From a virus, in the IMG/VR virus record IMGVR_UViG_3300037755_001279, positions 32,001 through 96,000 of that record: a stretch of DNA of 64,000 nt. One strand, 5' to 3'. The translations under genes were made by a program, and so were the position numbers. Under the pieces are notes generated by a model that worked only from the letters and a program-made list of their open reading frames with translations, was not told where the DNA came from and did not search any database. Positions 33,032 to 45,096 of the stretch are shown here, one piece after another (the first letter of the stretch is position 1; every line of letters begins with the position of its first letter).

Positions 33032-36000
33032 TAAGAGTCACTGGTGGCGGCGGGGTTTTCTCGGGTGCGAAATGCAGGATACCATGGCCATTCCCTCAAA
33101 CAAGACCGTGCGCACGCTCGGCGCGCAGCGATCCGAAAGCTGCACCGGCCGCTGCCCACGGTGCTGTCCGTGTTCGAATCGCACCCCGACCGAACCGAAT
33201 CAGGTCCGGGACTATCGGATCTCGTACTATGCCGCCGGCTGGAGGACGATCGACGTGCAGCTCACCCCCGACGAGTACAACACGGCGCCAGTCAAGGACA
33301 CCCGCAACCCGTCCGACTACCGGAAGCAGTCCGCGCGCGCGCGCATCGTGCGGCGTGCCTACGGCGTGGATCTCTACGGCATGGACACCATCATCGAGTC
33401 GCTGGCGGTGCGCCGTGGGTAAGAAAGCAGGCAAGGCCAACATGCTCGACGCCGGCACCCATAGGGTCCGCGTCACCGCTTGCCGCGTCGTGAAGGCGCA
33501 AGCCGTCGGAACGAATGAACCGCGTCGCTGGTACGTCTACGCTGACTCAGCTGACCGCGCCATCGATGGCACCAAGCCGTTCATCGATTTGCACCTCGGG
33601 CCGTGGCCGGCTGATGCCTCGAAGCACGGTCAGCGGCTGCGCGTCGCCTACGCTGTGGTGCAGGTTGCGGTGGCCGCGGCGCAGCGCAACCGCAAGACTG
33701 CCGCCGACACGGACCGGCGCAAGGTGCTGCGTGATGCCGGCGTCACCAAGCTGACGGACCTGGACTGTCCGATGCCGCGGTCAAGGACCTGGCGTTGCGT
33801 GAGGTACGATGCCGGCGCCGGTCCGGCGGGTTGCACGTGCCCGACGTGCGCGCCGCAGGCGTCCGAACCCAAGCCCACGCCGCTCCCCGACGCCGTGCGC
33901 ACCGCGCCTCAAACGGTGATCACCAACGCTGCGGTCCGCGCCAAGCTGCGCCTGTGGCTCGCATGGCTTGACGGTGAGGCGCCGCCGGCCGGTGTCATCG
34001 GCGGCCCGCCACCGGAAAACGTCGGTGAGCTGGTGCGCGTGATCCATGAAAAAGCCGACGCGTGGGTCTGCGAGCTGAACGACGATGAATATGGTGGTGA
34101 TGGAGAGGCGGACTGAAATGCCCGCCGTCGTCACCAATCAGATCGGCGCGCCGATCACCGACCAGCCGCAGTTTCGCTGGATCGTCCGGCGCAACGGCGG
34201 CCGGATCTGGGGTTGGGTCACCGCCGACAGTGAAGCGGCCGCGCGGCAGGGGCTGCGTGAGGAAAGCGTCAAGCGCGGCATCAAGCTGACGTTGGGTGAG
34301 CGCGCACCTAAGCTAAGGTTGGTGCCGTGAGCGGGCCCGGCTGGCATCAAGGCCGCGGCCGCCCGCAATCGCGACGGTGGACCTGCCGTGGCTGCGGGCA
34401 GGAACCTGGCGCGCACTGTTGGTACTGCCGCGCGATGATCTGCACGAGCTGCACCACTGAGGACCCGACCGCTTGTGACCATTGCCGCAGGCCGTTGCGC
34501 GGTGTGACCGCGCGCAGCGTAGTGACGGCCATGATCAAACACGCGTGGGGCCTACGTTATGGCGCCGGCCTATTCGGCGACCGAGACCGACGAAACCACA
34601 AGCGCGCCCGTCGCCGCGGCGCCGGAAAAGACGCAGCGCCATGAGCCGCATGGATTCCGGCGAAGGCCTCGAAATCTGCCCGAAGTGCCAGATGCAGGTG
34701 CTCACGTTCGATGTCCGCAACGGCAACCACGGGCTGGATCGGTGCCACGCCAAAACCGGCGCGGCGCTGCACGCGCTCGCCAACGCCGTCGAACCGCTCG
34801 GCGTGAAGGTCGCCCGCAAGGGCTACGGTTACGGCAACTTCGGTTTCACGCTCTCGGACGGCATGACGCTGAAGATCGGCGGATACGGCGCCAGCGCAAA
34901 GCTGGAGATCCGAGACATTTACAGCGGCAGGCCGGGCAGCGTCGATACGCTGACGAAGATGATCACCGCGTTGGTCGCGGTGCTGCGTGACAAGCCGTGA
35001 GCGCACCGCCTTACATCCCCGCCGCCGCTCGTGCGCGCAGTGATGCACAGCCGTTGACCGTGCTGCGGGCGTTGCTGGACCCGCGCGTGCGCCCGCCGCT
35101 CGGTCAGCGACGTGGTACGCATGAAATCGTTGTTGATGACGACGGTTTCTACAAGACGACTTACCGGGTGTGGCGCGACGCATTCGGTGAGCTGAATATC
35201 AACGAGATGCGCCGTGATCGTGCGATGATCGACCGCCGCGTCGGCATCAGATCGGGTGTGACGACGGTGCTGTATATCGACGAGCTGGACGCCGTGTGCG
35301 CGATCCGACCTTACGCGGACACGGTGCCCTGATGGCCTGGTGCTACTACAAAGACCTGCGGCGAAAGATCGGCGCGAGGCTCCGCGTGCGCGGTCTGCCG
35401 GATGCAATCACACGCGTCGTACCGATCGGCATGAAGCTGTTGACCGCCGAGGTCGATAGCCGGTGCCAGGGCGTCGTCGTCTTACAGCTGTGGTGTCAGC
35501 CGCTGGTTGACGTCGGCGGTAAGGCCGCGCGCCCCGACGACACGCAGGTCCACGGTTACTACATCGTCCTCATCGTCAGCACTCTGGAAGACCCCAACTG
35601 GATCGTCGAGCGATGAGCAACAAACCAAAGCACAGCCGCCGGATCACGGTCGACGACCGCACCTGGTTATGGCGTTGCAGCGCGCGCGGCACCGTCACGC
35701 TGTGGGCGCCAGACGGCGCCAAACACTACCTCCGGCCACCGCAGACCAGCGGCGTCAGCGACGACACGTACCGGCGTGGGCTGCGCAAGAAGACGTCGGA
35801 TGCAGCGATCACACCGCTGCACGTTGCCGGAGCCATCCGCAAGCTACAAACTGCGCCAGCGGTCAAGCTCGACCAGAGCAAGAACGGCGTGCGGGTGATC
35901 GTCCATCTGTGGTCTGACGGTGGCCGCGTCGTCGACGCGGATTGCCAGTGCTTCGGCGAGCGTGGCCGTGTTCATTCCGACCCGCGATGCCCGCGGATTC

Positions 36001-37604
36001 CCAAGTCCTCAAGGCCGGCGCCATGACCAACCTCGTCTGCAAGCAATGCGAACGCCGCCGCGCCGACACGCAGCTGTGCAGCCAGCTACACGGCGGCGAC
36101 TACCGAACGGCGCCGCGCTGGGGACGCAGCTGGATTTGCGCCGCGTGTGCGCTCGACCTGATCCGATGCGCGGTCGACGGAACGCACCACACGGATCAAA
36201 TCGACCGCTGGAGTGTCAGCAGCCTGCAACGATTCGTCGGGGCCCGGGTGATGCCGACCAGCATCCCGCCGACGAAGACACACCACGACCTGGCCGCGTG
36301 GCTCAACGGTCTGCGGATGTTCCGCGCGGTCGCCGAGTCGGCGAAGTCGAACACGGACATTCACCACGGTAAGATCCGTGTTCCCGGCCGCGGGCGCCGT
36401 GGCGTGAAGCTGACCGTCTGGTGGCGCCGCCCCAACGATATGGTGCGCGATCCCGACGAGGTCAAGATCTACGAGCATGACACCAGCGAGTGCTACCGGA
36501 AGCACGCCGAAGCGCGTGCGTGGATCAAGCACTTCCTCAACAACCGCGTGCCGGAGCCGATCCGCAGCGGGGAGACGATGACCGCCGTGGAATGGGTGAG
36601 GTACTGTCGTACGGCCGAGGCCGCGCGCCGGGGGCGGACGCAGTGACGTCGCTGCGCGGCATCACGATCTTTACGGTGATCGTCGGGGCGTTGTTCGTCG
36701 CGGTCATCGTGCTTGTGATCGGCCTCAGCATTCGCGACGGTCGAGCCAAGAATCGGTGCCGCGACGACGGCGGCACCGTCGTCGAGTACGACTGCCGCAC
36801 GATCGTCACCTGCACCACCAGCAACAACATGACGATCTGCACGCCGTCGAAGAGCTGCGAGTGGCGCTGTGACGGCTTGCCAGCGGAAAGGCCGCCTCAA
36901 TGAACCGCCGCCCGACAATCCCGTTCATACCGCCAGCGGCACGCGAGCGGCCGTTTCAATTCCAGTTTCAGCCGATGTTGCCGCCGCCGTTTCAGTTTCC
37001 CACGGTGATTATCCCAGAGCCGCTACCTCGCCTCACGGCCCACCCCGACACGCAAGATCGCTATCCCGACAGCTGCAGCCGCGGCGGCGACGGGCCGCCC
37101 TGCGGCAAGATCGGGTGCCGAGGATGAGCGCCATCGGTACCAGTCCGAGCGTCACCGACGCACACACGGCGTGGTTGTTGAAGATGCACAACCGCCCTAT
37201 CGTTCAGCTCGATTGGCACCCGGGCGCCGCGGTGCCGCGCGTCGCACGCTGGATGTTCGGTGATTTCGCCGTCGAGTTTTGCGGCATACCACGGTACGCC
37301 GCGCCAACCGACGGCCTGTTGGGTGTCTACCCCGCGTGGCTGCCCAAGTGCTGGGGTGACGTCGGAGGGCTCATCAACTCATGGCGTCTCTCCAGCGTGC
37401 TCTACCCGGTTTGTTGTTCCGTCTATACGGCGGATCCCGACAAGCTCGAAAAGGGCGTCACCGCGCTGATGGATTACTTGTCGTGGGGTGGACACCCGGC
37501 GCCTTTGAAGCGCCTCAACCGCGCGCTGCGTGGACTGCCGCCGGTAAAGCGTGACGGCAAAACGACCCCCAACCCTGCCTGGCCTCGCTGAAAGAAAAAC
37601 GGAC

Positions 37605-38171
37605 ATGGACCAATTGAAAGCTGACATCACTGCCGCCGCGGGGCGGTTCGCCGACGAGATCGCCGCGATCCAGCAGCGGCACTACGGCGCGCGCATCCGC
37701 GACCTTGTCGCTGGCTTCCAGCTACAGCCTGCAGACGTTCTCAAGGATGCCCAGGACCGTGACCGCGCCGCCGTCCTCGACCGCCGGCGCTACGGCCTTG
37801 CACCTCGCCGCAGCACGTCTGCGGTCGAGCCCAAGGCCAAGTGCGGCGCCACCGACAAGTTTCGGCGCCGTAGTCCTGAAGAACTGGACGCGCTCACCGC
37901 ACGGCTGGCCGAGTACATCGTGCAGCACCCCGGCCAGCGCATCGAACAGATCGGCAAGGTGCTGAACGCGTCCACCGCAGATCTCACCCGGCCCATGAAG
38001 CGGCTGATCACCGGCGGCATCGTGAAGTCCCATGGATTGCTGCGCGCGACGTCGTACTGGTCGAACACGCCGACGCCGGTGACGATCAAGCTCAAGCCCA
38101 AGGCCAAGGCCAAACCTAAGGCCAAGGCCAAGGCCAAGGCCAAGACCAAGAAAGGCGGCAAGCGTGGCTGA
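37605..38171 (+). CDS. wHTH DNA-binding protein with histone-like KAKAK tail
   Basis: RRSPEEL...LAEYI.QHPGQRIEQIGK.L.....DL.RPMKRLI..G.V.S.G..RAT.YW resembles myxobacterial DNA-binding proteins; Lys/Ala tail. Confidence 0.7.
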   Translation: MDQLKADITAAAGRFADEIAAIQQRHYGARIRDLVAGFQLQPADVLKDAQDRDRAAVLDRRRYGLAPRRSTSAVEPKAKCGATDKFRRRSPEELDALTARLAEYIVQHPGQRIEQIGKVLNASTADLTRPMKRLITGGIVKSHGLLRATSYWSNTPTPVTIKLKPKAKAKPKAKAKAKAKTKKGGKRG

Positions 38172-38889
38172 CGCTCCCAAGCGCCTCATCAAACCGCGCG
38201 GCGCGACGTGGACCGAAGCTGAGGTCGAGTACACGCGCTGCGAGGCGCACGACCTGTACAGTGCCATGGGGATCGTTGCTGGGTTGGAAAAGGCCATCGC
38301 CGCCGCTGCGGTGGCAGCGGGCACGCGCTTCATGAACGGCGATGACCGCGGCGCAGCCGCGCTCCGCGACCACGTCGGGGAACTGCGCAAGATTATCGAC
38401 GAGGCGAACCTCATCGAGTGTCGGGTGCGGTATAAGTACGGTCTGCCTGGCGGTGCGCCGTGACCAAGAAGCTGCCCAAGCCAGGCGACAACCACCGCGC
38501 GGCGTTCACGACACCCAACCACCACACCGAGGCGCGGTACAGCGGCTGGGCTTCGAAAAGCTCGAAGACATGAAGGCGTTGCTGGCTGGCGGCGCCACAC
38601 CCGCTCTGTCAGCTAGCCGCGCTGGCATCCACGTGGTGAGCACCGAAGTCCGCATCGCAGACCCGCTGGATCAGCACAGCTGGGAATGCAGCGCGCGGCT
38701 GCGTCGACGGCCGGGTGTGTGTGTGGCGTCACCACCGGAAACATCGACGTCAGGGGCGACGACACCGCAGCCATCTACGAGGTCGCGCACAACGACGGAA
38801 CCATAGCTTGGTACGACCACGAGGAGCTGACGCCGATCAAAGCGTAAGCGCAACTCACGAAAATCGAACAGACCGGGGGGAATGTTCAC

Positions 38890-40628
38890 ATGATCCACGA
38901 CGATGAAGACCAGAGCGACGGTATTCCGAAGGCGCCGGCACCGCCGGCGATCCGCGGCACACCGACCGACCGGACCATCCGGGCGTTTTCGTTGACGCTG
39001 CCCAGCGGCGGCGTCCCGACGGCTGCACCGACCGCGGCAACGTCGGCCGTGGACATGCCCAACTTTGCTGAAGGCACAGCCGACGGCAACGTAGGCACAG
39101 CGGCCGTGGTTGCCGCTGCCCGCGCGGCCGTCGAAGCGATCACCGCCGACGATCCGACCGGCCTCGTGACGCCCCTCGACGTCGGATACCGCTACATCAT
39201 CTTGCGGCGCGTCGTCGAGCTGATCGTCACCGGCGACGGTGGCGACTGGCGGCCGCTGCGCGCCGTCAACGGGGTGTCCCCTGGCGCAGAGGTGATCGTC
39301 GACCCCGCCGATCACCGCGTCGTCCTGGTGATCATCCGGCGCTGGCGCGATTTCGCTGCCTGGGTGCGCGCGCACGCGCTCGACAACTTCGTCGCGATGA
39401 AGTCGGTCATGGACCCATGGCCGGGCGAGATCAAAAACGGCGCCCGCAGTGTTTTGCGGCGCCTGTCCGAGGCGTGTCACCAACGTCCGGCATGTGAACC
39501 CAACGGTGACGTGCTGCTACGGCTCTGAAAAGGAAACCAATGTCGAACGACTACTTTTTCTACCATGACGATGCCACGAAATCTGAGGCGACGCGGACGG
39601 GGATCGTCGGCGGCGCGCTGTGTTACGCCGGCGGCGCAACGTGCACTAACGGCCTATTTCTCGCCGTGAACGGCAAGACGGTCATCCAGGCCGGCGCGGC
39701 CGTCGTCAACAACCTCGTCGTTGTGTATCGTGACGCTGGCCGGCAGGGCTGGCACATCGCGCGACCCGACGTGCGGTTCGCGGTCGTTCAAGGCAAATAT
39801 GAAAACGAGTGGGCCATCGGCTTCCTCCACGAGGAGAATGCACGGAAATTCGCCAGTGAATTGAACGCGATGCCCGCAGCCGAACGCGATCACGCGCGCC
39901 TGCACCGTGGTTTTTCGACGATCGACTATACCGCACGATGGGCGGTGATCGACCTGCTTGATTTCACGACGCAACAACACGTAGCGACCGCAGCACCGGA
40001 CTGTGCTCCGCGCTATGTCGTCAAGCATCGCGACGAGCTGACACTCGGCGAGCCGTGCGCGCCGTACGGCCTTTCGTTCGGGATCGCTGGGATCCAACAC
40101 GACTGCACCATGTTGAACGCCGGCACCGGACTAGCCTTCGCTGCGTGGGCCGGCCGCAAGCTCTGGGATCACCGCAACGCCTCAAATGTAATGTACGCCA
40201 TCGTCGACACGCACGATGACTGGCATCGGCATCAACGGGCAGGCGTTGGCGTTGGCGCGCAGCTGCTGTCGGCGGTGCCCCGCGGCATCACCGACGCCGA
40301 CGTCTGCACTGCCTGGGTCGCGTTCCAGGCATGGCGTGAGGCGTGCGATATGGCACCGGCGCCTGTCGAGACGCAGCACGTTGACGGGCAGCTCGTGGGC
40401 GTCTACGTCGCCTCGCCTGACTTGCCGACCAAGGTGTTTTTTACCGTCGCGCAGTGCAGCACCGCGTGGACCAACGAGCTGCAGCGCACGCGGCCTGCAC
40501 CGCCGCGGAAGCTGATGGCGCAGATCGATTGCCTCGACGACCACGAGGAAGCCTACATGCCTGACGAGCCTAGCCGGCTCAACGACATGGCATCGCTGGT
40601 GCGCGAGCTGTTCGTGGTGCCGCAGTGA
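38890..40628 (+). other. Two hypothetical genes (38890-39528, 39540-40628)
   Basis: Long ORFs with RBS-like upstream purine runs. Confidence 0.65.
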
Positions 40629-40843
40629 CCGACCGCGTCCAAACCCTGACCGTCATCCTCGCCAACGAAATGCGCACCGACGACGTCGAAGGCGTGGTGC
40701 ACGCCATCGGGATGATGAAGTGTGTCAGAGCCGTGACGCTGGGCCCCGTCGCTGACGCGGCCACATACGCGGCGGTATTTACGGCGACGTTGGAGATCCG
40801 CGAGGAGATCCTCGACGTGCTCAACAAACGGTTGAAATAACCG

Positions 40844-41584
40844 ATGCCGCGCGCGACCAAACCCAAGGCACCCGCGCTGCCTGCCCTCGCGGCCTGCGAA
40901 GCCGCGCTCAAAGAGCCGGCCGCGGCATGGGTGGCGCGTTGCTACGAGATCGCCAGCAAGATTGTCGACGCTGGCCTGGTCAAGGGCGCGGCGGTGTACG
41001 GACACTGGACCGGCAGCGTGAACCGCCGCAGCCGGTTCTACGGCAAGCCGATCGTCCAGCACGGCTGGATCGCGCTCGACGCCGCTGTGTATGACATGAA
41101 CCCTGGTGCTGTACTCGACCCGACACGGTGGGTCTTCGAAGCGGCGTCGCCGTACATCTACGTCGGCGAACCGGTCACCGGCTGGGACGTCGGGACAGCA
41201 TGTGTCAACTGCGACCTCGTCGAAGACGAGCATCGAGACGCGGACTTTGACCACTGCGGCGATTTCACACGACCCCCCTGGCCGTACGACGAAGGCGGCA
41301 ACCGGCTACGGCAGGCACGGCAAACAGCACCACCGCGGTTTGATCCAACGGCGCCCACGTTCACCCTCAAGCTACCGCGCGCGATTGCAGCGCACGTGGC
41401 GATGATCCTTGACCATCCGCTACCCGCCGTGACGCGCCCACAGCTCTTCTGGCTTGCGAACCTACCGTACGACCGGCTTGCACCGTTCGCCTGGGAGATC
41501 TACCGCGCCATCAACAAACATACCGCGGGCCTCATTCCCATCGACAACGAACGGCGCGCCGCGCGCGACCACAAAGGAGCCTGA
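40844..41584 (+). CDS. Putative transglutaminase/papain-like protein
   Basis: Possible Cys-His-Asp triad: RCYEIA...QHGWI...VLDPT. Confidence 0.4.
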   Translation: MPRATKPKAPALPALAACEAALKEPAAAWVARCYEIASKIVDAGLVKGAAVYGHWTGSVNRRSRFYGKPIVQHGWIALDAAVYDMNPGAVLDPTRWVFEAASPYIYVGEPVTGWDVGTACVNCDLVEDEHRDADFDHCGDFTRPPWPYDEGGNRLRQARQTAPPRFDPTAPTFTLKLPRAIAAHVAMILDHPLPAVTRPQLFWLANLPYDRLAPFAWEIYRAINKHTAGLIPIDNERRAARDHKGA

Positions 41585-41869
41585 CCCCAAAAATGCACAC
41601 CCGAACAATCAAACATGGCACGATCGTGATCTACGTACATCACAACAGCGATTGGTCCGGCGACGTCATCATCAATGCCGATCATCTCGGGTCGGTTCGT
41701 GTCCCGGGTTGTACGCTGATCGACGGCGGCCTGATTGACACCGGGTCACTGCCGGTCGACGTCGTCAGGCGCATCACCGCGGTTCTCGCGCGGGATCACG
41801 CACTGGATCAAGTTCGCGCCGCCGTCGATAGTCTTCCAAGCCTAAAGCTCTAAAAAAGGAGCCTAACCC

Positions 41870-42988
41870 ATGCCCCGAAAACACCGTGATGCCGCCAACG
41901 GCGCCGATCGTCCCGAAGCTGCCGCCGCCGGCGACCCCGGGAAAAAAACGCACGCCGAGCGGCTGCCCGGCCACGGCGCGGCCGTGCACCATGAGATGAC
42001 CGACGTGCCGCTGGTCGCCCTGGGGCTTTACTGTGAGCGCCCCGAAGCCGCAGATGACACCGAAGGGTGTTTCCTTGCTACCGACCGCGGCCGGCTATTG
42101 TTGCAGTCCGTAGGGCTGTCAGCAGTCGGCTTCACCGCGCGCATTTTCGCTGCGATCCGCGCAGTGCGTGACGAGATCCGCGGCAACCACATTCCCTGGG
42201 GCTTGACCCAGGAGATGGTCTTCATGTGCGTCTCGACAGCGACGGCGTCTCTCCTTGGGTTGACTGCCACCATGGCCGTGGTGGCGGCACGCATCGAAAA
42301 GACCGCGGCGATGCTGGGGAAGGGAGTCCGGTCGGAGATCATGCACGGTGGCAGCACCGCACCGAGTAGTGACGAGGGATTCTTGACGTACCTCGATGAC
42401 CGCGCCGGCGCGCTCCCCAACGTCATCATCCAAAGCGTCGCCGCGTCCAGCCTGGACCACCGCGAGATGCTCGCGCTGTACCACGCGCTGAACGACCCGG
42501 CGATCGTAAGTCAAGCTGTGCTTCAACGGCAGATTCACCAACAGCTGCAGCTGTTCCAGATCAACCGCGTTGCACGCGTCGGTGATCGTGTGTTCGGTGA
42601 TCGTGAGCTTGCCGCCCCGGTGCTGGTGCGCGACCACCGCCAGACGTACATGACGCTGTGCGAGGCGTTCGGGTTGCGGCACCTTGCCGCAGAGCTAAAC
42701 GGTGCGAACACAGGCAACACCGAGGAGCCGATCACGATGGAGAGCCTGCACTTCGTGCGCATCGTCGAGCCGTCGATGCACGATTTGATGCTCGCTGCCT
42801 GGCGACAGCGGCGGCCGCATGAACCCGTGCCGCACGTCAACCTCGACACGCGTGACGGACGTGACCACGTGCGCTGGGAGCACACGTTCCGCGCCGAGCT
42901 GGAACATCACCCGGATCCGTTGAGCCTGGTGTACCAACACCGTGATGACGGTGACGGCGATGTGGTAGCAACGGCGGCGCAGTCGTGA
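41870..42988 (+). CDS. Hypothetical protein
   Basis: 372 aa ORF with AGGAG RBS. Confidence 0.7.
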   Translation: MPRKHRDAANGADRPEAAAAGDPGKKTHAERLPGHGAAVHHEMTDVPLVALGLYCERPEAADDTEGCFLATDRGRLLLQSVGLSAVGFTARIFAAIRAVRDEIRGNHIPWGLTQEMVFMCVSTATASLLGLTATMAVVAARIEKTAAMLGKGVRSEIMHGGSTAPSSDEGFLTYLDDRAGALPNVIIQSVAASSLDHREMLALYHALNDPAIVSQAVLQRQIHQQLQLFQINRVARVGDRVFGDRELAAPVLVRDHRQTYMTLCEAFGLRHLAAELNGANTGNTEEPITMESLHFVRIVEPSMHDLMLAAWRQRRPHEPVPHVNLDTRDGRDHVRWEHTFRAELEHHPDPLSLVYQHRDDGDGDVVATAAQS

Positions 42989-43390
42989 AGTTGTCAACGC
43001 ACAGAAACAGGTTGACTGCAACCCTGTATATCAGCGCTCTTGTAGCCTGCGTCGTCGGCATCATCCTGCCGTACATCGTCGTCGTCAAAGAATCCGCACA
43101 CGCAGACCACCTCGCCGCACAAATGGTGCAGATGCGGGACACACGCGCGGTACTTTGTCGTACGGCTGCCGTTCGGCTCGGCACCGGAGCCACGGCCGCG
43201 GCGCTGTTCGAGGCGGCTGCGTACGCGCCCGGTTGCCTCCGCACAGTCCCTGACAGCGTGACGAGCGCGATCAACCAGACGCTGACATCCGCGGAAACAC
43301 CGCAGGTCGCTGTGCGCGCCGCAATGCTAGACTTGCGCGCCGCGTTTGCTGCTGCCGCAGCAGACGGCTGGCCGCTGCCGCCCAAATAAC

Positions 43391-44341
43391 ATGGCCAAGA
43401 CCATCGATCTCCTCGGGCTCGTCAAACGAGCCAACAGCCTGCGCCCCAACACCAAGCGGGCGTACAGCAACGCCGTGCGCCAGTGGATCGACTTCGCCGG
43501 CGACTCACCTGCGGCGTGGACCGTCGAGAATGCGCAGGCGTTCTACGACAAGCTCTTGGCTGACGGCATCGCCGTGGCGACGGCCAACAATATGATCACC
43601 GGCGGCCTGTCATACGTCTTCGGGCGTGCTGCGGCGCTGTACCCGGGCGTTGTCGCCGACATCACCGTCGCCGTTGACCGCGCCAAGGATCTGGACGAGG
43701 ACGCGCGCAGTCGACCGCTCGCGCTTCACGCGCCACAGGCTCAAGCGCTGTTGACCGCCTGCGATGGACCGCGGCTGATCGACATGCGCGACCGCGCCAT
43801 GGCGGTGATCGGGCTGTACACCGGGATGCGCGTGATGTCCTTGGTGGACATCCACACAGATCGCGTCCATCAGCATCACAACTTCGTCCTGATCAGCGTG
43901 GTGCAAAAAGGCGGCAAGCCGTATCGCGTGCCGCTCGACAACCGCGCCTGGGCGCTCACCGAGAATTATCGCAAGTCGCTGCAGCGCACGCGCGGCAATG
44001 CCGGCCCACTCTTTCCTGGGCTGCGATCACAGCTCATCCCGGGCGGCATCACCGAGGTCGTCGGCGAAGGCCTCACCGATAACGGCGCCTACAAGGCGCT
44101 CGCCCGGCGCGCTGACAAGGCGCACCTGAGCCACTTCCACCCGCACTTGTTCCGACACACGTTCGCGACGTGGTGCCGCAGCGCCAAGATCGAGGACTAC
44201 TTGATCGAGGTCGTCACCGGGCACAAGAGCAACCGCGGCCTGGTGCACCGCGTGTACACCGACGAGACGCAGCTGCACGACGAAGTCACGACACGCTGCT
44301 ACGAAGCAATGTCCGCGCGATTGACGGAGCTGAAGCCGTGA
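43391..44341 (+). CDS. Tyrosine recombinase (integrase/Xer family)
   Basis: RPNTKRAY N-domain; RDRAM...YTGMR, QKGGK, HPHLFRHTFAT, TGH, VY catalytic residues. Confidence 0.92.
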   Translation: MAKTIDLLGLVKRANSLRPNTKRAYSNAVRQWIDFAGDSPAAWTVENAQAFYDKLLADGIAVATANNMITGGLSYVFGRAAALYPGVVADITVAVDRAKDLDEDARSRPLALHAPQAQALLTACDGPRLIDMRDRAMAVIGLYTGMRVMSLVDIHTDRVHQHHNFVLISVVQKGGKPYRVPLDNRAWALTENYRKSLQRTRGNAGPLFPGLRSQLIPGGITEVVGEGLTDNGAYKALARRADKAHLSHFHPHLFRHTFATWCRSAKIEDYLIEVVTGHKSNRGLVHRVYTDETQLHDEVTTRCYEAMSARLTELKP

Positions 44342-44688
44342 CGCCAGCGCAGATCCGACGCCTGCGTGGGGCACTCGGCCTACGGCAGGATCAATTCGGC
44401 CAACTCCTGGGCCTGCACTCAGCAACGATTTCGCGCTGGGAGTCCGACGTGTCGCCGATCGCGCCCAGCGCCTGGCAACAAGAGATCCTGGCGACCATAC
44501 AAGAGGCCCTGCAGCACCGCCCTGCCGTCGTCGATGAGGCGATCGGATTCCTCGGCGCCAGGCAGCCCGGCCTGGCGCTCGGGGCACTGCTCGGCGCGGC
44601 GGCCTCCGCCAGACCCGCACCGCCGGTGCGTCGAGCTACGGGGCGTCGCGCCCCACGTGGCCCACGGCAAAAGAAGCCGAAGCCATGA
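44338..44688 (+). CDS. XRE-family HTH regulator
   Basis: IRRLRGALGLRQDQFGQLLGLHSATISRWE. Confidence 0.85.
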   Translation: MTPAQIRRLRGALGLRQDQFGQLLGLHSATISRWESDVSPIAPSAWQQEILATIQEALQHRPAVVDEAIGFLGARQPGLALGALLGAAASARPAPPVRRATGRRAPRGPRQKKPKP

Positions 44689-45096
44689 GCCGCTGGATGG
44701 AGTTGTTCGACTGGCGCTTCGATCGTATCCCAGCGCCGGAAATCGACGATGGGCCACGTGTGCGCCGCGGTGCACCGCCGGCTATGGCACCGGACACGGA
44801 GTGGCCTTCCAAGTGCCCGGGGTGCGGTACGTGGCGTTTTATCTCGCGCATGACCGCGCCGTACTGCGGGCCAGCACGCCTGCCGCCGGTTGTCAAAGGA
44901 CCGTATCGATGATGTCACAGCAGCGTCGGCACGCGATCTCGCGCCGCATGAAAGACCTTGCAGTGCGCCGGCAATGCCCAGAGTGCGGTCGAAAAAACGC
45001 GATGCTGCGGTCACGCAGTACCGACGGGACGGTGACCATCAAGAAATGCCGCTGGTGCGGCTTCTTGAAGGAATGGCACCTGCCGATGCCCTGAGC

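Larger units (their letters stand above)
31231..37591 (+). other. Array of short co-oriented hypothetical genes
   Basis: e.g. 31231-31518, 31515-31781, 32044-32673, 33072-33422, 33415-34116, 34997-35332, 35613-36026, with overlapping start/stop codons and several CxxC proteins. Confidence 0.7.

Noticed and set aside
38093-38145. (AAGGCC)n microsatellite
   Set aside because: In-frame Lys-Ala tail of the DNA-binding protein.
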